Shown piece after piece: positions 29,349 to 37,812 of a stretch of 64,000 nt of DNA (within the stretch, counting starts at the first letter, position 1; each line of letters starts with the position of its first letter). Position numbers and translations under genes: made by a program. The notes beneath the pieces are model-generated. The model searched no databases. It was not told the origin of the DNA and was given only the letters and a program-made list of their open reading frames with translations. Source of the DNA: Candidatus Omnitrophota bacterium (lineage in GTDB: Bacteria > Omnitrophota > Gorgyraeia > Gygaellales > Profunditerraquicolaceae); assembly GCA_018822885.1 (NCBI GenBank), contig JAHJJA010000149.1:771-64770 (forward strand), in the 5' to 3' direction.

Positions 29349-30181
29349 AGCTTATTAAAGAAATTTATCAGTTCAGTTGCTACTTTGTCTTTATCCTTAT
29401 CTATAGTGATCATATGATAACTATTCTCAAGGATGACCAGCGACTTTTGCGTTGAGCCGATATTATCATACACATACCTTGAGTTCTTAAGGCTGGTCAT
29501 ATCATCTTCGCGGGCATGAATGATGACTATAGGAGTATTTACACTTCTGAATTCTTTTTTCGCTACTTTTGTAAAAATGTGGTGCTGGTAAAGACAAGCC
29601 ATAGGAAAAAAAGGGCTACCGAATAAAAGCACTTTTTTGTACGCCTGTTTTGCATCGGCATTCTTATAAAAACGCTCAATATTCTCCCTTAGCTCCTCAT
29701 CTTTAAGGCCATAAGGCCAGCCTTCTCTGATATCAAACAAATTGCGCACAAAAGGCATATGCCAGGTAAGCTCCATCAGGATTTTACCTTTGTGCAAGGC
29801 CCAGCCATCATAGAACAACGTTGGGGCAAGCGCTGCTATTCCTGAGACTTTTGAGGGAAATAGATAAGCCAAGTGTATAGACATTACAGCGCCCATAGAA
29901 AGCCCGCCAACAAAGACTTTTTCATGCCCTTCTTTCAGTCGGTTAAGGTCTTTTACGCAGGCATCTGCGATTTCCTGCCAAGTTACTTTCTTGAGCTCTT
30001 GAAGCGTTCCGCAGTGACGCGGCAAAACACCGCAAAAAACAGAAAAACCCGCCTGATTCAGTAACTTTGCCTGATAGCGCATCTCCGAAGGAGTGCCGGT
30101 TATCCCGTGGATAAGAAGAACAGCTTTACCGTTTCTGCCTTCCAGAAAAAAGTCGTATTTTTTTGTTTGTGCGTTTTCCAT
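29345..30181 (-). CDS. Alpha/beta hydrolase (carboxylesterase/thioesterase-like)
   Basis: IHGITG, GLSMG nucleophile, IHAREDD, SYHMIT; start at 30181 or 30217. Confidence 0.88.
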   Translation of the reverse strand: MENAQTKKYDFFLEGRNGKAVLLIHGITGTPSEMRYQAKLLNQAGFSVFCGVLPRHCGTLQELKKVTWQEIADACVKDLNRLKEGHEKVFVGGLSMGAVMSIHLAYLFPSKVSGIAALAPTLFYDGWALHKGKILMELTWHMPFVRNLFDIREGWPYGLKDEELRENIERFYKNADAKQAYKKVLLFGSPFFPMACLYQHHIFTKVAKKEFRSVNTPIVIIHAREDDMTSLKNSRYVYDNIGSTQKSLVILENSYHMITIDKDKDKVATELINFFNKL

Positions 30182-30190
30182 AGAGTTGGT

Positions 30191-30255
30191 ATTATACCAT
30201 AATTTAATTAATTTCAATTTTTTTCATTGTTGTCATTTTAAGTATTTGCTATACT
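30191..30255. promoter_or_regulatory. Back-to-back extended -10 promoters
   Basis: TGgTATAAT on minus (30191-30199) and TGcTATACT on plus (30247-30255), each 9 nt before an ATG. Confidence 0.6.
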
Positions 30256-30264
30256 AAAACTCTT

Positions 30265-31428
30265 ATGGAAATACTAGACAAAGTAGAATTCAAGATTATT
30301 GACTCCATAAAAGATATCTCCAAAAAAGATTGGGAAAGCCTTTTTGGAACAGACTCTCCTGAAGGCTACGGCTATCAAAAATCCCTAGAAGAATCCGGCA
30401 TACCCGGATTTGACTTTGGCTATGTAGTAGGCACTAGTAATAATAAAACACTAACCACCCTTCCATTCTTTATAAACGATTTCTCGCTAGGCATGTTTTG
30501 CCAGGGCCTTCCAAGAAGCCTTATCGCATCTGCACAAAAAATATTCCCCCGCTTCTTAAGGTTCAAGCTTCTTTTTATCGGTTCTCCTACTACAGAAGAA
30601 TTTAAAACCAGGAGCTTAAATAGTAGCGACCTAAATACTTTGGTAGGGCCCGCCCTAGAAATAATCCATCAATATTGTCGAGATAATAAAATAAACGCAA
30701 CCGTTTTCTACAATTTATCCGGGAATGAAAGAATATTGGCGGATTATTTTAAAACACAAGGATTCTTCTGTATGAATGGCCTGCCCAGCACTATGATAGA
30801 AATCAAAGCAAAATCGCTTGATGAATTCATTCAGAGGCTTGGCAAAAGCACACGCAAAGACCTGCGGCACAAACTAAGAAACTCCGCTCTCCAGGCAAAC
30901 CTTACCACAGAGACCAGAGACAATATCGAAAGCATTGAAAACGAAGTTTACAGCCTATACCTTAACAATTTTAACGGCTCTGATATCCATTTTGAAATAC
31001 TGCCGATCAAATTTTTCAGGGAAATCTCTAATAATATGCCCGGTGTGGCAAAATATTTTATTACCCGCGATAACGGTAAAATCGTCGCCTTTAACTTATG
31101 CCTGATAAAAAATGATACTTGTATTGACAAGTTTATTGGCTTTGACTCTGGAGTCGCGCATAAATACCATCTTTACTTCACCACACTCTCCCATAATATA
31201 GGCTGGTGCATTGATAATGGGATTAGATTTTACCAGACAGGAGCCACTGATTACCTACCCAAGGTACGCCTCGGAGCAAAATTGATCCCCCTATTGATTC
31301 TTTTTAAAGCCTTCAACCCCCTCCTACACCTGACACTGCGCTTATTCTCCGGCTTATTAAAACCGGAAAACCTCGATTCCTCCCTGAAAGAGATCTCAAA
31401 ATTCCGCAAGACCCGGTCTTACAAATAG
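30265..31428 (+). CDS. GNAT/FemAB-like acyltransferase
   Basis: LGKSTRKDLRHK, IVAFNLC, DKFIGFD, LYF, Y-PKVRLGA. Confidence 0.8.
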   Translation: MEILDKVEFKIIDSIKDISKKDWESLFGTDSPEGYGYQKSLEESGIPGFDFGYVVGTSNNKTLTTLPFFINDFSLGMFCQGLPRSLIASAQKIFPRFLRFKLLFIGSPTTEEFKTRSLNSSDLNTLVGPALEIIHQYCRDNKINATVFYNLSGNERILADYFKTQGFFCMNGLPSTMIEIKAKSLDEFIQRLGKSTRKDLRHKLRNSALQANLTTETRDNIESIENEVYSLYLNNFNGSDIHFEILPIKFFREISNNMPGVAKYFITRDNGKIVAFNLCLIKNDTCIDKFIGFDSGVAHKYHLYFTTLSHNIGWCIDNGIRFYQTGATDYLPKVRLGAKLIPLLILFKAFNPLLHLTLRLFSGLLKPENLDSSLKEISKFRKTRSYK

Positions 31429-31430
31429 CC

Positions 31431-31479
31431 AAGACCCGGTCTTGACTTTCTATCACAATGTTAAGACCAGGTCTTGATG
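31431..31479 (+). repeat. 49-bp element (left), two AAGACCNGGTCTT palindromes
   Basis: 46/49 identical to the reverse complement of 33785-33833; extra core copy at 31408-31420. Confidence 0.92.
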
Positions 31480-31599
31480 CTATTTTTTTCTCCTAAGCAA
31501 GCGCTTTCTTTTTTGGCGATAATAGCATTGCATCCTTATAATGTATAATACATACTTTAAGCAAGGTCGATATTAAAATTATAATGGAGGACAGTTAAA

Positions 31600-33756
31600 A
31601 TGAAGAAAATAGCAGTCATAGGGCTTTATTTTTGTCTTTTTGTTTGTAGCGCATTTGTTATTCAAAAGGCTTTTGCCGGTGAAGACGGCCTCAGCATCTC
31701 CGGCAGTTACGACAATAGTTTTTCCGCCGATTATGATTACATATTGAATGACAATAATAGCTATGGCTCTTCTTCCAGCTATGATTACATCGCCAATAAC
31801 GATAACTTTGATTACTCCGATTCAAATTACGATTTTTTTAGTAATATCCCTGATTCACTGAGCCTTAGCATGGATAATAATAATTTTTACGCACCTTCCA
31901 ACCTTGATTACCTTAATAATGATAACTACGATTTTGCCAATTTAAATAACAACTATCTTAGTAATATCCCTGACAAATTGTCGCTTAGTATGGGAGACAT
32001 GGGCAACAATCTTTACAACGCCCCTTTCAACGATTTTGATTATTATCCCCCGGCTCAAAATTTCGCTACCGATGTTGTTTCTGTAGGGCTTGAACCGGCA
32101 GGGGCTTTTGGCGTCAGAGGTAATATTCATAATTCCCCCCCTGTCGGAATGCCTCTTGATGCTAATGATCCCTTGGGCTCTCCTATCAATAACGACACTC
32201 TTCCAACTAACCCTGGTATGAATAATCCAGCGGATTTTCCTATCAATACTAAAGCTCTCCAACGCATTGCTGCTGAAGGCTTTATGCTTCCTAAAAACAA
32301 CGTCGATAACCAATCAGATATTTCTATTAATCACGATCCGCTCTGTGGCGGAATGGATTATGATACATCTATGGCAGGCTTAAGCGACATTAACACTGCC
32401 CCTGGCCCAACTGTCGGAATGCCTTTTGACAACAACCAGCAAGCGTCTGCTTCCGTTGATTCTATGGCAGACAATCTCATCTCTATGCCGGGAGCAAGCG
32501 ATCTGGAAATTGCTTCGCTTCCAGCTGCTGATATTACATCATATCCTCATGGCGACTGTCGTTCAGCACAAGATATAGCCGCTCATCCAAGCAATTTCTT
32601 AAATACCCCGGACTTATATACAAAAAGTGCGGCCGCGCCAGTTAATGACTTATCGAAGAATACTCCAGCAACAGTGCCTGCCTATGAACAAACCGTATTA
32701 GAAACCGGTAACCGCGCGCTTGTAAGAGATCCTTCCGATCCTATTGGTTACACCGGGATAGACACCACGCCTGCAAATGATCCTTCAATGCTTAGCAAAA
32801 TAGGCAGCGGCATCGGAAAAGGCCTAAGTTATGTTTGGGAAGGTAAAAAAGGACCAGGAAATGAAGGCGGAGGTATTGCCGGCGTAATTAGCGGCGTAGT
32901 CAGCGTAGTCCCTTATGTAGCTAACGCTTCTATTACCGGGGTAGCGGGGGACATAAAAGATGGTGCCCAAAAAGTGAGTTCTCTCTGGAAAGATGAGCCT
33001 GTTGAAGTTCCAAGCGTAATACAACCCAGGGAAATCGTCCCCCCTCCATTTGTAGAGCCCGGTTCAACGCGAAAAACTACTATTCCCACTATACCAGAGT
33101 CTACTTTCACTAAAATCAACAACAAAGCCGCCGAAGTGGTTGATTATGTAGGCGAAGCTTCTCTTGTCAAAGTAGTAGGTGACATAAAAGAAGGCGTTAA
33201 GTGGACAACTGGTAAAATAGCGAACGGAACGGATTACGTAGTAGACAAAGCAAGCTCTCTTTGGTCGCAATCAGAACCGCAGACTCCGAATCCATATGCC
33301 GGATCAGAAAATTATGATATGCCGGTGCCCCAAGCAGCGCCATTTGACTATATCCCAAACACTGCAGTAACAGAACCAAACACAACCTCTACGTACAATG
33401 GAGAAAATATTGATAACATGATGAGATCTCATGATCCGTATCTTGATGACAACAGCGGAATAAATATCAATGCGGCAAATCCAATAATCGATAGAACCAC
33501 TTTAGGGGCACAAGCTCCAATCCATGACGCACTTTCACCAAGCATCGCGCAACCAAATGACACCAATGATCACATTGAGGCAGATTTTGATTTATATCCT
33601 ACGCTAGACATACAATCTGGCCCTACTGATCACTATGATTTCGTCACACCTCCAGCTCCAAGTTACAATAATCCTATCGGAGATCTTTCTAATCATCCAC
33701 TTAGATTAGATCGCCTCAAATCAGATAGCGATACGAACCCTATAAAATATTACTAA
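31600..33756 (+). CDS. Secreted low-complexity Asp/Asn/Pro/Ser-rich repeat protein, unknown function
   Basis: GGAGG SD, signal peptide ending AFA, 718-aa ORF with internal repeats. Confidence 0.8.
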   Translation: MKKIAVIGLYFCLFVCSAFVIQKAFAGEDGLSISGSYDNSFSADYDYILNDNNSYGSSSSYDYIANNDNFDYSDSNYDFFSNIPDSLSLSMDNNNFYAPSNLDYLNNDNYDFANLNNNYLSNIPDKLSLSMGDMGNNLYNAPFNDFDYYPPAQNFATDVVSVGLEPAGAFGVRGNIHNSPPVGMPLDANDPLGSPINNDTLPTNPGMNNPADFPINTKALQRIAAEGFMLPKNNVDNQSDISINHDPLCGGMDYDTSMAGLSDINTAPGPTVGMPFDNNQQASASVDSMADNLISMPGASDLEIASLPAADITSYPHGDCRSAQDIAAHPSNFLNTPDLYTKSAAAPVNDLSKNTPATVPAYEQTVLETGNRALVRDPSDPIGYTGIDTTPANDPSMLSKIGSGIGKGLSYVWEGKKGPGNEGGGIAGVISGVVSVVPYVANASITGVAGDIKDGAQKVSSLWKDEPVEVPSVIQPREIVPPPFVEPGSTRKTTIPTIPESTFTKINNKAAEVVDYVGEASLVKVVGDIKEGVKWTTGKIANGTDYVVDKASSLWSQSEPQTPNPYAGSENYDMPVPQAAPFDYIPNTAVTEPNTTSTYNGENIDNMMRSHDPYLDDNSGININAANPIIDRTTLGAQAPIHDALSPSIAQPNDTNDHIEADFDLYPTLDIQSGPTDHYDFVTPPAPSYNNPIGDLSNHPLRLDRLKSDSDTNPIKYY

Positions 33757-33873
33757 ACAAAAGGGGACGTTTCTATTTATTAAACATCAAGACCCGGTCT
33801 TAGCATTGAGATAGAAAGTCAAGACCGGGTCTTAATTATGTTTCAGAAAAATAGAAACATCCCCTTTTGTTTA
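33754..33873. repeat. Nested palindromic element: 25-bp inverted arms around the 49-bp element (right)
   Basis: TAAACAAAAGGGGACGTTTCTATTT (33754-33778) vs 33849-33873, 1 mismatch; inner 33785-33833. Confidence 0.92.
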
Positions 33874-33879
33874 TTTCTT

Positions 33880-35067
33880 TTAAAACTTCCTTAAGGCCAA
33901 ACAGGCGTTGTTCCCTCCAAATGCGGAGGCGTTGTTAAGGGCGATATTGACTCCTGCCTTCCGCGCGACATTCGGCACGCAATCAATATCACAATCAGGG
34001 TCAGGTGTTTCGTAGTTAATAGTAGGCGGGATCATATCTGTTTTTAGCGCCATGCAGCAGGTGATTGCCTCAATAGCAGAAGCAGCTCCCATGGTATGGC
34101 CCAACATTGATTTTATCGAACTTACAGGAATATTGCGGTAATTATCCGGAAAGGCTTTTTTTATACCAAGGCACTCTTCCCTGTCGTTTGAAGGCGTACC
34201 TGTGCCATGCGCGCTGATGTAACTAACATCGCTCTTCTTTATCCCTGAATCATTGACCGCTTTTTCCAACGCATCCTTTATCCCTTCGGAAAATGGTGCT
34301 GTCATATGATGAGCGTCACAGCTTAGGCCATAGCCTAAGATCTCCGCGTAAATATTCGCCTTTCGTTTAAGAGCGCTCTCAAGCGGCTCTACCACCACAA
34401 CCCCTGCGCCCTCGCCAACCATCATCCCTTTGCGATTCTTGTCAAAAGGCTGGCATACTTTAGGCGCAACTGCCAAAAGGCGGTTAAAACCAATAAAGGC
34501 TATTCGAGAAAACGCATCAGCCCCACCAGCTAGCATAAACTCCGCCTCGCCTGCGCGGATAAGATCATAGGCATAACCAATAGCATAATTGCCGGCAGCA
34601 CATGCAGTAGGTATGACAAAATTGGGACCTTTTAATTTAAAATGATCAGCAACATTCAGAGACAGAACATTGGTAGGATATTTTGGGATCAGGCTTACGT
34701 CAATAGCATCGATTCCTTTATGGACCCAGGTATCGTTGATCACCTCAAGGACCTGTGACTCACCCATGGTCGTCCCAAGACAGATCCCGAAAGCATTCTT
34801 ATCAGAATCATTAATAGCTAAACCGGAATCCTCTAAAGCAAGCTTTGAAGCGGCTATGGCAAGCTGTGATGCCCTGCCTGGGCCCGCTGTCTTAAAATGC
34901 TTTACTTCTCCGCCAAGATGCGTCGGAAAAGCCGATGTATCAAAAGAGGAGATCTCTGAGATCCCGGATACGCCTTTAGTAAGCGCCTCCCAAAAAGCTT
35001 GCTTGCCAATCCCTATTGATGAAACAACCCCAAGCCCAGTAATGACAATGCGCTTTCCCGAACCCAT
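33880..35067 (-). CDS. Second ketosynthase, active (type II PKS/FAS KS)
   Basis: TACAAG, HGTGT, GHTMG: intact Cys-His-His triad. Confidence 0.92.
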   Translation of the reverse strand: MGSGKRIVITGLGVVSSIGIGKQAFWEALTKGVSGISEISSFDTSAFPTHLGGEVKHFKTAGPGRASQLAIAASKLALEDSGLAINDSDKNAFGICLGTTMGESQVLEVINDTWVHKGIDAIDVSLIPKYPTNVLSLNVADHFKLKGPNFVIPTACAAGNYAIGYAYDLIRAGEAEFMLAGGADAFSRIAFIGFNRLLAVAPKVCQPFDKNRKGMMVGEGAGVVVVEPLESALKRKANIYAEILGYGLSCDAHHMTAPFSEGIKDALEKAVNDSGIKKSDVSYISAHGTGTPSNDREECLGIKKAFPDNYRNIPVSSIKSMLGHTMGAASAIEAITCCMALKTDMIPPTINYETPDPDCDIDCVPNVARKAGVNIALNNASAFGGNNACLALRKF

Positions 35068-35502
35068 CTAATTTTCCTTCACACTAATACTAAGCTCTCC
35101 CCTGGCAACTTCTTTGTCGCTGACTTGCGCTGTTACGTTGACAATGCCTCCCGTAGAAATCAGCTTGACCGGGACTACGGTGATCCTGATCTGATCACCG
35201 GGAAAAACCGGATTCAAGAACTTAATCTTTACATTCCCCAGATAATAAGAATACTTCTTAGCTGCCTGCTCCGGTTTGGCCCCGGCAAAAAGCATTATTG
35301 AGGCCTGCGCCATTGCCTCGATTATCAAGACTCCCGGCATGACAGGCGCATCAGGAAAATGCCCGGAAAAAAACTCCTCATTTACAGAGACGTTTTTAAT
35401 CGCCACCACTTTTGCGCCCGGCTCTAATTCTATTATGCGGTCGATCATCAAAAACGGAAAGCGCTGGGGCAGTATTTTCTGGATCTCTTCTATGTTATAC
35501 AT
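35068..35502 (-). CDS. fabZ: 3-hydroxyacyl-ACP dehydratase
   Basis: LPQRFPFLMID, GHFP-x-x-PVMPGVLIIEAMAQ. Confidence 0.9.
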   Translation of the reverse strand: MYNIEEIQKILPQRFPFLMIDRIIELEPGAKVVAIKNVSVNEEFFSGHFPDAPVMPGVLIIEAMAQASIMLFAGAKPEQAAKKYSYYLGNVKIKFLNPVFPGDQIRITVVPVKLISTGGIVNVTAQVSDKEVARGELSISVKEN

Positions 35503-35503
35503 T

Positions 35504-35752
35504 TTAGACCGCCTTCTTTTCTAAATATTCCTTGGCCACTCTGACTGTATCGCTTAAGGTAGTTAATTGAGTAAGTTTTTCTTCAGGAATGACGATCTTA
35601 TATTTCTTTTCAACCGCAGTGAGGATCTCAAGAGCCATCATAGAATCCACTCCCAGCTCTTCAAAAAACTTTGCTTCAGGTGTTATCTCACTCGGCTCCT
35701 TTTCAATGATCTCCGCAATAAGCCCTCTTATTTCGTTTTCAACATTTTCCAT
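35504..35752 (-). CDS. Dedicated acyl carrier protein
   Basis: LGVDSMMALE phosphopantetheine site. Confidence 0.92.
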   Translation of the reverse strand: MENVENEIRGLIAEIIEKEPSEITPEAKFFEELGVDSMMALEILTAVEKKYKIVIPEEKLTQLTTLSDTVRVAKEYLEKKAV

Positions 35753-35768
35753 AGTATCCTCTCTCTAA

Positions 35769-35788
35769 AAAAGGGGACGTTTCTATTT
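35769..35788 (+). repeat. Solo AAAAGGGGACGTTTCTATTT arm
   Basis: Identical to 33759-33778. Confidence 0.85.
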
Positions 35789-35804
35789 TTCCCCTTTTCC
35801 CCTA

Positions 35805-36551
35805 CTACCTAATAGATAATCCGCCGTCAATAATCATAACCTGCCCGGTAATAAAACTGCTTGCCTCGCTTAGTAAAAACTTGACTACCCCCGTGACATC
35901 TTCGACTTTCCCAAAACGCTCTAAGGGGATATTCTTTATTAACTGGCCTTTATACTCCGGCTTTAAATCGGAGACCATATCAGTCTCGATAAATCCCGGG
36001 GCAACCGCATTGACCCTAATGCCATAAGGAGAAACTTCTCTTGCCAGCGACTTAGTAAAACCGATGATACCGGCTTTGGAAGAGGCGTAATTAGTCTGCC
36101 TTGCCAGGCCAATGACCCCGCTTACCGAAGTAATATTTACTATATTGCCGCTTTTTTGCTTTAAAAAAGCCACGATCGCGTTACGGCTAAGATTAAAGGT
36201 GCCTGTGAGATTCGTGTCGATGACATCCTGCCAATCCTCTTTGCTCATCATCATAAGAGCCTTATCCCTGGTGATGCCGGCGTTGTTCACGATAATATCA
36301 AGCCCGCCAAGCGTTGTTTTGACATTTTCAACCGCTTCTTTGGTCTTATCAAAATCACGCACATCCACTTGTAAGGCCAAGGCTTTTACCCCGGATTTCT
36401 CGATCTCCTTTTTCAAAGAAGCTGCTTCATCAACGCTTTTTAAATAAGTAAAAGCCACGTCCGCGCCTTCTTGGGCAAGCATCAAACAAATTCCCCTGCC
36501 TATCCCCCTTGTCCCGCCGCTGACAATCGCTACTTTGTTTTTTAATATCAT
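35805..36551 (-). CDS. Second 3-oxoacyl-ACP reductase (FabG-like)
   Basis: SGGTRGIG, NNAGIT, YASSK; start at 36551 by ATGA overlap. Confidence 0.92.
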   Translation of the reverse strand: MILKNKVAIVSGGTRGIGRGICLMLAQEGADVAFTYLKSVDEAASLKKEIEKSGVKALALQVDVRDFDKTKEAVENVKTTLGGLDIIVNNAGITRDKALMMMSKEDWQDVIDTNLTGTFNLSRNAIVAFLKQKSGNIVNITSVSGVIGLARQTNYASSKAGIIGFTKSLAREVSPYGIRVNAVAPGFIETDMVSDLKPEYKGQLIKNIPLERFGKVEDVTGVVKFLLSEASSFITGQVMIIDGGLSIR

Positions 36552-37549
36552 TGAAATCTCCCGATAATCATGCTTGTGGCAGTACAATTTAAACCGGAGG
36601 CGCTTATCAAGACTTTATCTATATTTGCATTCTTTTCCATAGAAGCTAATCCTGCTGCTGCAGAAACAGCGCCCTGGGCGCTCAAGCAATCCCCGGTGAG
36701 TGATCTTATCTTCTCCATATCCTGGACCAAATCAATATCTTTATCACTAAGCCCAGCCCTGTTCAAGCAAGAGTTAACAGAATCCTGTAAACCGGATGGG
36801 CCGATACCGTTGCCAAATGCCAGGACTTCAGCGTATATTTTTCTTTTTCTGGCCAAAGCAGATTCCAGATCTTCCAACACTAAAACCGCTGACCCCTCCC
36901 CAAGAATAAAACCATTATTTTCCATTAAGCCAGTTTTGTAAAATCCCAGAAAAGTCTCAAGACACAACTCCTCAACTCCCCCTGTCAACACTGCTTTTAT
37001 CCGCCCCAACCTCAAAAAATCAAAAGCATACTTTAATGCATCAAGGCTCGCGCTAAAACCGGTTGAGAGCGTGGCATTAAATCCCTTAATATTAAACCTT
37101 ATCGAAAGCTGGCTAGCCGGAGAATTAACCACCGTATTTGGAAAAAGCGCCGGATTAACATAATGAGGCCCTTCCCGCAATGCCTCCTTATCGAATTCCA
37201 TGATGCTATGCGCGCTTCCCAAAGTAGAGCCGATAGCAATTCCGGTTGAACGCGAATTTTCTTCGGTGATTTCTAAACCGGAGTCTTTTAAACCAAGATA
37301 TGCCGCGCAAGAAACCAGCTTGATACTCCTATCAAGCGTACGCAAGCCCTTAACTCCTAAGAACTCCTGGGGATTAAAGTCACTTATCTCGCCGGCAGTC
37401 TTAACGGTAAAATCCTTCGTATCAAATAAGGTAATAGGCTTTATCCCGCTCTTGCCGCTTAAAACCGCGTCAAAAAAGGCGTCTTTTCCTGTGCCGCAGG
37501 CGCTTAGTATCCCTATTCCAGTTATTACTACTCTTCTTTTATCCATCAT
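36548..37549 (-). CDS. Catalytically dead ketosynthase, chain-length-factor-like
   Basis: KS N-terminal fold, but STGFSAS replaces TACAS and the C-terminal His motifs are missing. Confidence 0.85.
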   Translation of the reverse strand: MMDKRRVVITGIGILSACGTGKDAFFDAVLSGKSGIKPITLFDTKDFTVKTAGEISDFNPQEFLGVKGLRTLDRSIKLVSCAAYLGLKDSGLEITEENSRSTGIAIGSTLGSAHSIMEFDKEALREGPHYVNPALFPNTVVNSPASQLSIRFNIKGFNATLSTGFSASLDALKYAFDFLRLGRIKAVLTGGVEELCLETFLGFYKTGLMENNGFILGEGSAVLVLEDLESALARKRKIYAEVLAFGNGIGPSGLQDSVNSCLNRAGLSDKDIDLVQDMEKIRSLTGDCLSAQGAVSAAAGLASMEKNANIDKVLISASGLNCTATSMIIGRFQ

Positions 37550-37558
37550 AAATTAATA

Positions 37559-37587
37559 ATTATATACCTTTTACCATCTTATCTCAA
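37559..37587 (-). promoter_or_regulatory. Sigma70 promoter of the PKS operon, near-leaderless
   Basis: TTGAGA-17-TATAAT, 9 nt before ATG. Confidence 0.7.
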
Positions 37588-37608
37588 GAGTTATTCAATC
37601 AAGAAGGT

Positions 37609-37797
37609 CAATAAGACTTTATGCCTTTGCTGACGGCACATTGAATTTTTTGCCATCTTCGCACTAGAAACAGGTCTGCGAGGAATTGCGGCGAGCGGAA
37701 GTCCCCAGTGTTAGGAAAGGAATTCTGAGAGCGAGCCGCAAACGGAAGCAGACGGAAAAAAATTCTGTGACGGAAGCAAAGGTATAAAGGCTTATTG
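37609..37797. mobile_element. 189-bp MITE/REP-like fold-back element
   Basis: 23-bp terminal inverted repeats (2 mismatches) and nested internal stems; no ORF. Confidence 0.65.
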
Positions 37798-37812
37798 TAT
37801 TCAATAATTATC

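Noticed and set aside
27849-37549. Calling the cluster a ladderane or carotenoid pathway
   Set aside because: No radical SAM genes in the block and no phytoene synthase; only a resemblance in gene content.
37592-37805. TATTCAAT on both sides of the fold-back element as a target-site duplication
   Set aside because: The left copy is 9 bp away from the element end, and the AT-rich match could be chance.
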